A stretch of DNA of 64,000 bases, taken from assembly GCA_973895155.1 (NCBI GenBank), contig OZ316892.1:7051251-7115250 (forward strand). Direction: 5' to 3'. Position 1 is the first letter of the stretch; every line of letters starts with the position of its first letter. Shown in pieces: positions 33,846 to 47,072 of this stretch. The notes under the pieces are model-generated. The model saw only the letters and a program-made list of their open reading frames with translations. It was not told the origin of the DNA and ran no database searches. Source of the stretch: Marsupella aquatica. Lineage: Eukaryota; Plantae; Marchantiophyta. A program made the position numbers and the translations under genes.

Positions 33846-36107
33846 TTACTGTTTCGCCTGAAAAATTTCCAGGCCAGAGGACTTGAAAAGTTAACAATGA
33901 TAAAGACGCGAAAAATTTCCCGAGCCAGAGCAACACAATTGTCAGGCATAAAACAAAGATGACGACTAGACCTTCACCGGAATAATGTATGCATTTTCGC
34001 CTTCTCCAAAAATAAACACATGCACGAGAAATTCAAAATGAAATGAATCCGAACCAGCGTACTTCACGAGGCAACAATTGATTACCTGGGAGTACAAAAA
34101 CGTTCCGAATATGGCAATGAATGCACCAACACCGTTAATCGGTCGTACTTGCGTGTGGAAGATGATAATGGACGAAACAATGACACTAACTCTCTTCATT
34201 GTGTTACCAATACTGAATGTCAACGGCGAGATTTCGTTCAATGACATGTAGGACACCTGATTGTACAGGTGATAAAATATACTCTGGGCAGCCACCCACC
34301 TGTAGCGAGATAAACATGATAAGTTAATACACGGCAGCTTACAAAAAGAGCAAAATTGTTCTTGCAGAGGTATCACGTGTAATTGAAAAGTCCGTTGCCT
34401 TAAACCCAACACCGATAAGTGTCCTAGAATTCAAAGATTAAACAGACTTCAGTGTTTGACACGGCACTTACCATGCAAATTGTGGCCCAATAGCATTAAC
34501 AGCGTGCGACCAACCAGCAGTCCAGGCCTTTGGACCCTCGACAACCAACGCAAAAGGAGTAAGGAAAGCTAGAGACAGGAACGAGAGGCAAGCATAGTAG
34601 TTCATGCCTCCAACGGACTTGCCAACCATTCCCTTCTTCGAGAAAATATTTCGGAAGACGAACGCAAAGTTTGAAACCATTGCACCAACAAATCCTGCAA
34701 GCCACAGAATCAGACATATAATACAGCCAAACTAGTTTTTTAGATCGAACTCGACTGAGCATGGTGAATGCAACCCTCTGTGACGTCCAGTCCTTACTGG
34801 AAAACGGCCTAATATTTCCGAGCAATATCAGATCTAAAGTGCACCACCTAAAACAATGCAAGGATTCTACTGGTAAGAGTTCTGAAACCTCCGCCTCTCT
34901 CACATCCCACATCGCACACTTCAGGCTTCTGGAGATTCCGATTCACCAATTTATTATTTTCAAGAGGCAGCATCGTACTTCTAAGTGTCCATATCGACAA
35001 TGCGATGGAAATGCCAAAAAGGTTGCTCACAGGACTTTGGTTCCACATACCGACAGTGTTAAAGTTGAGTTCCGTTGCTGCAGCCAAGGCACAGCCTCCA
35101 ATGATAGGCAAGAGAGAGAAATAAACGGATGCAGAGTAGTGTTGTCCCATAAGAAACCTCTGAACAAGCACACTGAAAGCGGGCTCTGCACTCTTGATGA
35201 TGTGGGTGAATGACACTGCTACCTTGGACATGCTAATAGTGGCCGCGACGTGTCCAATCGTATGAGCAAGAGCAACCTGAAGCCCACCGAACGGATGTTA
35301 TAAAACATCAAGGCCACTTGAAAACTGACTGTACAAATTGCCAAAACAACAGAGAATGACCCTGTCAGCTGAACTACAAAGGAAACATACTGCAGCCATT
35401 TGAATCACAACTCTTGAGGTCTATGCCGTTGCCATTCATCACTAGTTTTGAAGTTATGTAGGAGGTGTTAAATTGCAAGTCTCCAACCAGACGAGAAGAA
35501 AAAAATGGCCAGTTCACTAGAACGGACGTACCGGTGCAAGAGCTTTCCAGAAATCAGCATCAACATCAGGCTTTTCTGCTAAGCCTGTGAGCCACGAGAG
35601 CGACATGATGAGTACCCCAGCCGCCAATGAGAGTGTAGACGTGAGCCACGGGTATGGGAAGACGTTCAACACCTTCTTGTTGTAGATATTGAAGACCACA
35701 TTCAGAGTCCACCAGGTAACGAAGTAGATCCCAATTTTCAACCTGGGAGCCTTTTTTACAGGTTCTACAACATTGCCCACGCCCTCTGCTGGAGGCTCAA
35801 CGTCCCCGGCTCCAGCACCAGCTTCATAGGCTTTCGCTTCCACACTCAATTCCTTCGAGAATGTCTGATGGGTTCGCTTGTGCACGAGACCCAAAGATTG
35901 GCCCGACAAATAGGATGCCTGTGACAGACTGGTGAGTCGCAGTGGCTCCACCAATCTTGATGTCAGCTGCACTGAACCCGATCGTCGAACCCCGGCGGCT
36001 GGCTTGTGAATAGCCAAGGGACTCACCAGACCCTTCAGACTTCGGGTGCGACCAGTATCCAGAGCCGGAATTCCGGCTATCCCACACTGTAACGTCATCA
36101 TTCCCAT
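33846..36107 (-). CDS. GPT: Plastid glucose-6-phosphate/phosphate translocator (TPT/DMT family), ~416 aa with transit peptide
   Basis: Exons 36107-35532, 35276-35051, 34694-34472, 34299-34086, 33857-33846 (1251 nt). Motifs: KIGIYFVTWWTLNVVFNIYNKKVLN.FPYPWLTS, HTIGHVAATISMSKVAVSFTHIIKSAEPAF, GKSVGGMNYYACLS, GNTMKRVSVIVSSIIIF and the GPT-type C-terminus YSQ|AKQ*. Confidence 0.92.
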
Positions 36108-36110
36108 CAC

Positions 36111-37570
36111 CTGTACAGGAACCGATTTACGTCAACATGTTAGAACTTCCCTCCAAATGGAAACCCAAAGAAACAGAATGCAGCAGACTACTCCGACAGA
36201 AAAGAGCAATGGGCAGAACAGGGGTGAGAGGGATCTCCACATCTTTAACGTAGATCAGGAAGGAAAGAATGCTTCGCAAATTCCCCACAAAAGTAAAGAT
36301 CTGTGACTTAATTGAAACTCTCCCAACCCGGATGCCTTGCAACATATCCAGCTGAGAGAGTAGATGAACCACAACCGGTAGCCCCAGAGCACAAGTTGAT
36401 TATTCATACAACAGCCTCAAGTTGAATAACAATGGTCTAAACGCACCGTTTGCCAAAGAGAGTCCAATTTATTAGAAGAGGAAGAGGATCAGATGGACCA
36501 CAACTGCCGATCTGGTGCAATTATGAGCGTGACAAATGAACGAATGTATCTGTCTGCCACAAATCTCCTAAGGAAATGAAGAGAGAAGATGGACAAAGAG
36601 AAATTCCTCGAGTGGAATAGCTTTGGACACGGTCAAGTCGCGTGAGCACATGCGTGGACAATCTCGTTAAAGCGGTTCCATACATAAACAACAGAGCGCA
36701 CCACTTTCGACGAGGAAGGATCTACGCATCGGAAATAGAAGACGAACTATCCACAACTCTTGTCCTACGACAGGAAAAACCAAGAACTGTTCCAACCCTA
36801 TCAGCAGTAACGAGCAAACCACGTGCGTCAGCTACCTCAGTGATGCATGCATACTGATTGCTCCTACACCAAAGAGGTCATCTACTAAGCGCTCGATCGA
36901 AGCCTATGCCACCAATCGCAATAGTGAACAAAAGGACTGAACTCAGCCTACAAATTGAAGGAACCCGCAGCAGATTGTTCAAGTGTACGGAGCTCGGGGA
37001 GCTCCAATTTCTACCAAGCAGGCCTACTAACAGAGGCGAAATGCCGATCTAACATAACAAATGAATCGATCGTCCCTTGTAGAATGCTTGGACAGTAATG
37101 AGAACCGACAAGTGCAAGAAATCCGTCTGGTGCACTACACAAGCGATTGGAAAGAAGCGGATAAGAGCACTGACAGGTCGGCGCAAAATTTTCAAAACGC
37201 TCAAGAGGCTGAATCCGAATGGCGACCTTTTCGTGATATGCGAGATTCAATCCCAAGACCCGATTACAAGCTCGCTCAATAAGCAATCGACAGAACTACC
37301 AATAACTCCAGTCCCTACCCTGCTCTCACCACAAGGTGCCTCAATCGACTTACAACGACGGAGAAAGAGAGAACAGAAGTCCAATTGGCCCGCAACGTGA
37401 ACAACTCGACGCCAAGCCCGCAATCGAGTCAGCTTCCGCGCAACAGATATGAACCTGGCCCGATACAATCAATCGAAAGACAAATGCGACTCTATCCAGA
37501 AGTGCATTTGAGCTTAAAAAAAACACCCCGACGCCCTCCACTCAATGAGAGCGACCGAAAGCAAACTCAC
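36111..37570 (-). other. Probable ~1.46-kb 5'-UTR intron of the GPT gene
   Basis: Acceptor CCTGTACAG lies three bases before the ATG. Donor CG|GTGAGT lies at 37570, below a pyrimidine/microsatellite-rich leader (37570-37900). Confidence 0.6.
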
Positions 37571-38250
37571 CGCTAGCAGAGACGAGACGTGCCTCCTCCA
37601 ACACGACCTCCTCCAACGACTCAACCGACAATCAATCAATCAATCAATCAATCAATCGATGTCAATCGACCGATCGATCGAGCAGCGATGAACGAGAATG
37701 TCGAATGCAAACCTGAAGAGGCCGAGGAGAAGATTGTCGTGAAGACTAGAAGTGGGGTGGTGATGAAACGATCGATGAGAGGCGGAGGGAGCGAGCGAGC
37801 GAGCGAGCGAGCGAGCTGGCCAAAGCAAGCACGCACGCGATGGCCGCGCGTGGCAGAGAGTGCAGATTTTAAAGCTCGAGCTTCGGGCAATCGGGCCAGC
37901 AAGATCACACACACGAGAAGAAGACGAAGAACGAGCGGAACAAAATTAAAGACGCTCCGAAAAGATCGGAGACACAAAAACAAATCATCCGCAACATGAG
38001 AGAGCAGAGAAACTGGGAAAGGAGAAGGTGAACAGTGAACTCTTGATAAGTGCACACTCTTGGGAACTCTCTCGGGAAAACGGATCTGGCGTGCACTAAA
38101 CCAGGTGTTGCATGCTTTAAATAATAAGGGCACATCGCGAAACAAGTGCTCTAATGGATAAGTGTGCTTCATCTAGGATTTCTTTGTTAAAATGTGAATG
38201 CGACCCATCTACCATTGAGTAGTCAGCCTGGTATCTCGGCCTTAAACTAC

Positions 38251-38685
38251 CACTGTCCATATAAAAGGAAGTGTCGAAGACTCCTCATTTTTTCACATTT
38301 CTCTCCTCTAGTGTGAGACTAGGGGGTCTCACTATACAGGGACCTCCCCATCACCTGCAACATTTTTAGGCCTCGGACTCCCTAAAATGTAAAAAAAACA
38401 ATTATTTTTTATCCCCTATAAAGTTAAAATATTTTTGAAATATTCTAAAAATTGTATTAAAAAGACCCTAATGTTTTTATAGGTCTCAAAATTAAATTTG
38501 AAAAACTCTATTGTTTTTCTACAAAAATTCTTAAGTCTTTTCTTAGAACCAATAAAATGACTCTATCTTTCATCACACGTGATATGTCATTTTTGTGGAA
38601 GTGAAACCCCTTAGGTGTGAGACTTTGCTCCACAATTTCAGGAAAAGTATATTAAAAATGGTAAAACCTGGTGTCATGGACAGTG
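38251..38685. mobile_element. Small element with CACTGTCCAT/ATGGACAGTG termini, interrupted by a hAT-like MITE
   Basis: 10-bp perfect inverted ends. An uninterrupted relative of the internal sequence lies at ~43561-43675. No clear TSD. Confidence 0.5.
38319..38614. mobile_element. ~296-bp MITE with an 8-bp TSD (hAT-type)
   Basis: TIR CTAGGGGGTCTCACT / AGTGAAACCCCTTAG; perfect TSD GTGTGAGA at 38311-38318 and 38615-38622; same family as 49788-50077. Confidence 0.9.
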
Positions 38686-39147
38686 TCGCTTTAATTCTGT
38701 GCCCACACTCCTTAAGTGCATTCTATAGTCTACTAAGAATGGCCATGCATTTATCGGTAATGTGAATTTCAGGAGTTTATGTGTGTGCATACAAACACTT
38801 ATCAAGGGTAGGCGCTTACAAAAGTTATCATTTAGCAAAATGATTTTAGCCCTGTGTGAGCTTAGAGAAAATGCTTAAAAAGCTCTTATCCGGTGCTAAA
38901 AAAAATGGAAAGAACAAGATGACATGCACTAATCAAAGGTAAGTGCTTATGGAATGTGCGCTTAGCAAGAGTTCACTGTACTTACAGAACGGTACTATAG
39001 TAGTGCCATCCAGGTTCGAGAAAAAACTAGTAAATTATTACAATTCTAATCATATTCTATTCTATATGAATCTTACTGTAAATTGAAAGCATGTCCCAAC
39101 AATGTTCATGTAAGAATATTAAGTTATAATAAATAATGTACATACTA

Positions 39148-39430
39148 TTAGCTAGATTACCCTTTCCTTGAATATAAATAGATATGAAGAAAAATAATCT
39201 TCTATAATATCATTTATGTGCTATTTCAGTTAATCTTTGCCTCATCTTTGTTTTTTGTCCACTCTCATTTCAGTTTTGTCTTTATTTGAAATCAATATCA
39301 TTTTTGTACATCTTCATTTTTTATTGAGACTCATGATCATTTTTGTCTCTATTAAGGGTAATGATCTAGAGGCTTCACTCTAGCACTAGGCCCTCAAGAG
39401 TAGACTTAGTTCACACTTTTATAATAAAAT
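39148..39430 (-). mobile_element. Degenerate Helitron-like family copy
   Basis: The reverse complement contains AAGTCTACTCTTGAGGGCCTAGTGCTAGAGTGAAGCCTCTAGA and TTTTCTTCATATC...TTCAAGGAAAGGGTAAT, matching 47073-47351. Confidence 0.6.
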
Positions 39431-40732
39431 TGGCCCTGAGATGAACCATTAGTTTGTATTAGGGTTGACCTTGTGTTGCTCTGCATATGCAGGAGAGCAA
39501 ATGGGAGGCGATATAAGCTTGATGGCCACCATTGAATCATTGGTAAATGTTAAGGGTAGTTGGTATCAGCGATGGCCACCACTGAACCATTGGTAAATGT
39601 TAAGCCCGGGATGTTAAGGGTAGTGTTTTCTATGGTGCGGTGAACAGACTATCAATGCTCTGGCACAGACCAGAAACAGGAATACCACCAGGAGAGACAA
39701 ACCATGATTGCACCCCCTTGCACATCTGAGAAATTATGACCGTGTAAATGTCTCAGACCCTATACTCACATTATGAAATATAAATTGAAGATGTGGTAAT
39801 TGTTGATTTGCTCAGATGTTTGTGTAGTCAACTAGTGCCCTTAATGGGTTTGATGAGAAGCCCCCATGGGTTTCTGAAGTTGGGATGAACTTGGTGCATA
39901 ACATCAAAAAATGCTTAGTTAGCAATCTTTACAAGTTTGACTGGCAGCTGATCAGTTGGGTGTAAAGTGAGACAGCATGTTAAGGAGTCCATGGGGGTGG
40001 GTAAGCCAAACTTTGGTCCATAACCAAACTCCTCGATCCATCCGGGCTTAATATTCCGTAATGTAAACATGCGCAAATATTATAAGTCATTTACTCTATT
40101 TTTAATTAAAATTTTAATTAATAATAGTAGATTGTAAGAATATTTCATGTATCTCTATACATATTGACTTTTCAGTGTTACATTTGTTTCAAAACTAAGA
40201 AATCCAGAACTATATTTGCTAGAGCGTCTCAAGCTTGCTCTTTCCTGTTTTCCTTAGTTAGCCTCTGTGAGAACTTTACATCCGCCACCCTGAACAAAAT
40301 TTAACTTTGGGGCAACTTAATCCAAAGGGTTTTTGGTTTGAGATATGTTTCAACACGGTCAAATAGATCGGCTTGAAGTTGACAATTCTTGAAGGGTGCC
40401 AATGCCAACCTGCCAGGACAATTTGTTTGTGTGGACGCAGGTGCCCACCACCCAAGTTATTGAGGGTCCAGCTTTGCACTAACCACACATATTTGGTCGT
40501 GACCAGGCAGGAACATTTTCATCAAAAGAAACCTTTGAAATTATTATTTTTAATTTATAAAAATTAATTAATTTCTTTTTTTGAAAATGAGCTAGAAGTG
40601 ATTTGAGACGCCGTACTAGAATTAATAATAAATAATAACTTAGACTATAGATGACTCGAGAGAGGACCGAGCGAGACAAGGAAACTAACGGGCCGCAGCG
40701 GGGATAACCGGCTACCCCGGGCAAGTTCCTTT

Positions 40733-40846
40733 GCCACGTAGCGGGCTTCTGCACCGGGAAACCCGTCCCTCGACAGGGTCGTCATGACGTGGCGACCTGC
40801 GTTAGGGTCCGGAGTACCGAACCATCGCCACTTTGCACGCGTGTCC
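40733..40846. promoter_or_regulatory. Candidate ABA-response complex: two ABRE G-boxes plus a CE3 element in an isolated GC-rich island
   Basis: GCCACGTA (TACGTGGC on the - strand) at 40733, GACGTGGC at 40786 and ACGCGTGTCC at 40837. Motif match only. Confidence 0.4.
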
Positions 40847-43021
40847 CTAAACTCTTCCCGTGAGTTCCGTCCCTTACAGGCCTTCCCCGTTCGCGCATAC
40901 TGGACCGAACTAGCAAATTATTACTACTGTACTGTAGTAATAATTAAAGCCCCACCACTAGTACCTTCAACAAAAGATTCCGCTAGTCAGACCCGTCAAT
41001 TCTCAGAAAGTACAGACCAGTGATTTTACTCTCTATTAGTCTATTTTGTGAGTAGACGAATGACCTACTGTAATTATAAGCACCTATCAGGGGAATAGGT
41101 GAGATACACTTAATCTTTAATTATAAATATCACTTAAATAAAAGGAAGCCGTTAGATCTTTTCTGGATTTAAGGCAATCCGTCAGATTGTTTTCCCCCGT
41201 GTTTTTCGTTGTATAGTTTGCCAAGCTGGACGAGGTAAGACTTGAAAATTAGTTAACTAAAAAAATCTCTGGTCTAGATTGGAGTAATTGTTTTGGAGGG
41301 CTTTTACATTTCGCCAGGGTCGCGAATGTTACTGTTGTGTAAGGAGAAGATGCGAAGAAGATTCTTTATTTGAATTTTCTAGATTAATTATAAACTATTA
41401 AGTCTCCTAGACTTAAGGAGAGCAGGTCTATTTTGGCTAGTAGACCTCGGGGCTTGGTGGGAAACTGGATAGTGAGACCCCAAAAACTAGCAAAAATTAC
41501 TCAAGTGGCACAAGGGTTTTGAGAAGGCAGATCTTGGAGGAAATCTGCGGCTAAACACTGCTACAAACAGCAACCTAATATTGCTCTATTATTTCACCTT
41601 TTTAAAGTGGACACCATCCTTGAACAGCTGTGCAACTAGAAAAAGAAGCTTGGATGGACCTTCATGCTTAATCACTTTTCACTACAATGCTACAGTTTAA
41701 ACCCATAACAGCATGTCACGCCCCATTTTTGCTTTAGTGCATAAGTACTTCAACATATAGTAAACAATATACCCCATTATGAAGCCGCATCAGCCCTTAA
41801 CTATATACATTTCAGGACAACATCTTCTTCTCATTTAAGTGTGAGCAGAGTTGAACCTTGGTCCAATTGAAAATTAACTTTCAATGGACAAATGTTTAAA
41901 ACCATTTTACCTTTAAATCTTTGTATAAGTGCTCTATTTCAACATTCCAAGATGTGGGCCTGAACCTTGGCAATTTAAATGGACCTTAGTGGGGACAGTC
42001 GCTTTCGTGGCAAGGTAAGCCCCTGAAATCATTTACTCCCTTAACACATCTTTGACAGGAACATTGTTACTAGTAACTAGTAGTTTAGACTAAATACTCA
42101 AAGGCCGTGCTTGAAAATGGGTGGAACCCAACCAACCAGTAGGAAAGTGGAGGTCCAACTATTTACAGGGCCCTGAGATGCCTCTGCCACCGATTAAAAA
42201 CATGGACGGCCTAGATGGGGTTTAAGTGAGATACTAGTCTGGATAGCTAAAAGGGAAATGAGAAGGAAAAGCAGGATTTCTATATCCGCTTCCACAGAAG
42301 AATATCCTTTTGAATTATTCACTACGTTAAATAATATTGTAATGTGCCTCGGGGTTTGCGCCATTCTCTTCCCGTGGGGTCCACTGTTTTTTTCCCCTTG
42401 AAAGTAGTTTTTTGTCTCTTGAAAAGGGAGTACTTTATTTAGGTGACAAGTAAAACTCAATAAAAAACAGGGAGTAAAAGGTTGGACCACAAATCTTAGT
42501 TTGGCCTTGATTGGCAAATCAGGGGTCTGGATCACATCACCCGGTCATCCCAACCGTCCGGTCAGGTCTAAGGCCGGGGCCTGGGTTGGGTTGGAGTCAA
42601 GGTCGGGGGAGTTGGGGTCGGGGCCAGGTGGTAGGGTCAGGCAGGCAGGTGGTGGGGTGGTCGGGCCGGGTGGCGGGGTGGTCAGACCGGACTTCAGGCA
42701 AAGTTTTCTTCTTTATGGGATCCCCATAAGTATTCTTATAATTCTCAGAAGTTGTTCTTGTTGCTTTTCTAGGTTGTTCTTGTGAAACTCAGAGGTTTAG
42801 TGTGAAAGGTGTAGAAGGAAATTTAATGGCTTTTGGAGCCCTCTAATGGTATCTCCACATTGTATATCAGAAGGAAGGGGAGATGAACTTATTGAGAAGG
42901 AGGAACAAAGCACAAGTAGATAGGGAGAAAAAAAGGAGCAGATTTTGGGAAAAAAACTCCAGAGAAGATCATGGAAAGTCATTAGGAAACAGGACTGTTC
43001 AGAAACAGCTGAGTGGAATTT

Positions 43022-43349
43022 TTTTTTGTCTTGAACGGAAATGGGGAGGAAATACAATTAGACTCCCCCCATCCCAATGTGACAGTTTTTCTGTAGGGAA
43101 CCCAGACCAGGGTGAGCCCCAACGGATCCGACAGGGACCCGCACCAGGAAGGAGAGAGGATTAAATCAGGGCCACAAAGTGGACGACCAGGGGCCGAGCA
43201 GATAATCAGAACTCCAATCCACTACCCACAAAACCCATCCCACCCACACACAAATACCCTCCACCCCCCAGTGTGTGTAGGGGGGATTGAACCTGGGACC
43301 TCTCAGTTCCAGGCAAATCCCCTAGCCAATTGACCTAAGCCAATTGGTT
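43022..43349 (-). mobile_element. tRNA-derived SINE, ~330 bp
   Basis: The - strand head has A-box-like TGGCTTAGGTCAATTGG and B-box GGTTCAATCC, followed by an unrelated body and an A-tail. 15-bp TSD AGCTGAGTGGAATTT at 43007-43021 and 43350-43364. Confidence 0.88.
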
Positions 43350-46300
43350 AGCTGAGTGGAATTTGACATCAATTTTAATTGCATTACTCTAACTTGTGTT
43401 TGTAAGCATGGTGGACTAATCCCTACAGAGAAATGATAGACTAACAACCTGAAGTCACCATGCATGACATCCAGCCATCTTTATTTGCCTCAAATGAGTA
43501 CTTTAAGTTAGAGCCAAGTCTTTGGCACAGGTAGGTTTTATGTCTACTTTGCTCTAAAACCACCACTGGCCATAAAAAAGTATCCAAGACTTCTTCCTTT
43601 TTCACATTCCTCTCCTCCTCGAGACTTTGATCCACAATTTCAGGAAAAAGTACTAAAATGGTGAAATCTTGTGTAACTACTGTAGGTAGTTGTCATGGCT
43701 TGTGGCTCTTAAAGGAGAAAATAGCAGATAGGGTAACCCTACCCAGATATTCCCAGTCTAATTCCCAGATTGTCCGCACCTATGATGCAACACTTGATTC
43801 TACGCTTTATTATCCTCCAGGTGTTGTGCTATGAGCTCCATGCCATACATTAATATCCCAGGCATCTTCATTGGGAGGACTCCAAAGCAGTCCCAACTCG
43901 GATAAGAGAACCAAAACCAACCAGTACTCTGTGTTCTGAACTATACAACTTTATAGATGTAATATTGTTTAATCCCACGAGATGTTTTGAGGTGGTCATG
44001 GCATGTGCTGGAAAGACATGGATGACTGGCTCAATAAACTTCCATATTTCTATGGAAGTCAGCTGCTATCTTTTCTTACTTTTGTGTGACAATATTTTTT
44101 TCAATGTTCAAGTCCAATAGGGGCCAAACCCGAAGCCAAGTGCTGAACCGTGAGGCGCAAAATAGAGGAGGCTGCCAAGGGAGTTCCAATATAACTGTAG
44201 TTGCACTAAACTGGACCACACGAATGCCCTTGTTAAAGCTTGTAAGTAGCAATGGGCATGGGGAATTTAGGTACAACGAGTCATTCCTGTGCATAAGCAT
44301 GGGTAGTAGGGCTACTATGTCTCTAACCAAAGACTATAATATAACACCATCCCCTGCCAAACATTCCAGTTACCCATCTATAATCTGAAACAGCAGGAGC
44401 CAATTCTGCCCCTTCATAAATTATTATTTTTGGAACTGTCCCATCCAGACACTCCTCCCATCTCCAATGTCTGCCGGAGCTGCTAGACACCTGCATAAAG
44501 TGAAACTAGAAAATTGTATTTGAAATTTGAATTTAGAGAGAATTGGATATAGTCAAGATATCAATAATTCATTAAGAATTAAAACAAGAATACTCCCTCC
44601 TATGATGTGACCATGACTGGACTCTGTGTTGCAGTGGCTGGTGTCAACCATTGCGCTGTCCTACACTCTACCCTTAGTACACCTTTGTGTGCGAACTCTC
44701 ACATTTGTTGCTCCTGATTCCCCAAGCTCTCTTCTGCTCTACTGTTGTGGTGATTAGGTTTGCGCACATAATAATTGGTTAAAAGCGTTTGGCGCCCAGT
44801 GCAGTAACGTGATGTCCCAAAACAGTTGGGATGGATAAATATGCTGGCTGGTTTGGGTCTGGGTTTAGGTAATGGGCATAAAATTAAACTCCAGCCACTA
44901 CAACTTGAGAAACTTGTATGAGGCTAAATGCTCTGGAAAACATGTTTTGGCTAGCTGTGAGCAAACTACACGCAAATAAGTTTTGGGGCTGGCAGAATTT
45001 AAAAGCTCATTCACAAGTTAAAATAGCTTTTTTGACTCCAGTAGTGAGAAAAATGTGGGACAACCTTCACTCACAAAAAAATGGGCTGGGAAATTAAATT
45101 GACCACTCACAGAAAAGCATTTTTTTTAGATAGGTATGAGCAAAGTATCCCCAAAATTATCAGGAAAAATTCACTCATAAGAGTCTTTGGCAGGGAAAAA
45201 TTAAACTGGCCATTCGCAAGGTCAAGTAACTTTTGCCAATCAAAGATGCTGCAAACCAGATTGTTATGACAGCTGGAAAATTTTTAAGGGTCACTCTCAA
45301 GTTAAATCAACTTTGCAATAAAAGATAGCGATCCACTCTAAGGTCACATGTGCTTGATGTCCACTTACTCTTCTCCAGGTGTGAAATATATGGTTAAGGA
45401 CCTGAGGTAACCCTTAATGGGATATAAGGATTGGGATAAGGTTGACTGTATATGTGGTCGAGCTGCCTAGTGGGGGGATCATATATGTAGGAGGCTTCTT
45501 ATCCCATTAAGGATTACCCCAGATCTTTAGTTGCTAGTTAAGGTTGTCAAAAACTGATATCCCATTCCAAATATACCCAAACCCAGCTACCCCGCGGGAA
45601 AATTTAGTTGGCTATAGACCATGAATGGTTTGTTCTGAATGAGATATAATCTATGGGAAACAAGTTCATGTGTCAACTTGTGAGTGATCTAAAATGTGAA
45701 TAAACCCCAGATGACCCTTACCCAATTTGTTTTTTGCTTACTAGGTACATTAAATACTTGTAACTATGACAAGATCATCTTTTAGTTGAGTGTAAGTACC
45801 CTTCATCGCCAAATCAGAAGCAGCCCCAACCCTGACGGGAAAATCTTCCTAAACAACACGTAGCAACATTTGACATTGGAGATTGGAATCTTGAAAATCC
45901 AGTAAGCTAGGATTAACTCCTTTATAATCTCTTCCCTATACAGATCTAGTAATCTAAAAACCTGTTGCTGAAAACCTAATAGTGTTTCAGTGAGTAGGTT
46001 GGACCTGACCTTTTGCATTTTCTGGGTTTGGTCAACACCCCGTTAAATAACAGACGAAAAACAGAGTCAAATGTCTCCTTATGTATCTTTGATGGAGTCT
46101 CTAACACTGTGCCCGGATCTGACCAGTGTGGTACACATTGTACCGCAAATACTAAAAGATCTTCACCTGACCTGAAAGTACAGAAATATTATCCATATAC
46201 GTTTGTGGGTAGGCGACCTCCCTTACCTCTCCCCTGCATATGCAATTATGCATGCTTGTTCACATATAATCCTATGTTTTAGGGGTAACATTAATTGCAC

Positions 46301-47072
46301 ATGAAAATATGACATAATTATATGGCCAGACATCACTCCATACCATGAGAAATCCCTTTATTTTTTTTAAATCAGTGAATGCACACCTTATATTAACACA
46401 TTTTATGATGTGTGATTATCAACGAAAATAATTGTACATCAAAATGTGACAATATATGGTGTACTATGTCACTCTATATCATAATAAATTTAAATCACTG
46501 AGTAGTATTCGTAATACACCATGTATTGCCACATTCTGACATGTGAGTATAGGGACTCTATATCTTATAAAGGTAAAGCAGGTGATCTTAACCATGTACT
46601 TTTCTATTGCGAAAACACCTAAATTCAGGGACACCATATAGTACAAGGTGCCCTTAAGCCTAAACTTTGAGGGGGATTTACAAGATGGTGGCATCCAGAT
46701 AGTGCCTTTCCATCCAAAGCAAAGAGGAGGGACAGTTGCATACACTAGATTGTATCTCACACATAGAAAAACAAACTGCTGCCCCAAGTTCTTTATAAAA
46801 GCCCCCTTAGTGTTATTCATAGTCACATTTTGATATGCAATCACTGTAGATAGTACACATTTTGCATTCGTAGTACCCTATATTTTCACATTTTGTATAC
46901 CATGTATTGTTTCGTTTTGAGGTGCAATTAAAGGGACTCTATCTTACATCTTACTGTAAAAGCGCTACCTAAGCCTACTCTTAAAGCGCCACTGTCCCCT
47001 AAGCAAAACTCGGTGAATCCAGGTTACTAATCACCTTCCAAAAAACAACAATAAATAAATAAATAAATAAAA

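Larger units (their letters stand above)
38033..38978. mobile_element. Tc1/mariner (pogo-like) MITE hosting two nested elements
   Basis: TIRs CAGTGAACTCTTG(A/C)TAAG(T/C)GCACA at both ends. The right end is followed by TA, while the left flank is AA. A related copy lies at ~15680-16145. Confidence 0.7.

Noticed and set aside
43270-43345. tRNA gene
   Set aside because: The acceptor stem is not intact, and the sequence is followed by a body, an A-tail and a 15-bp TSD, so it is a SINE head.
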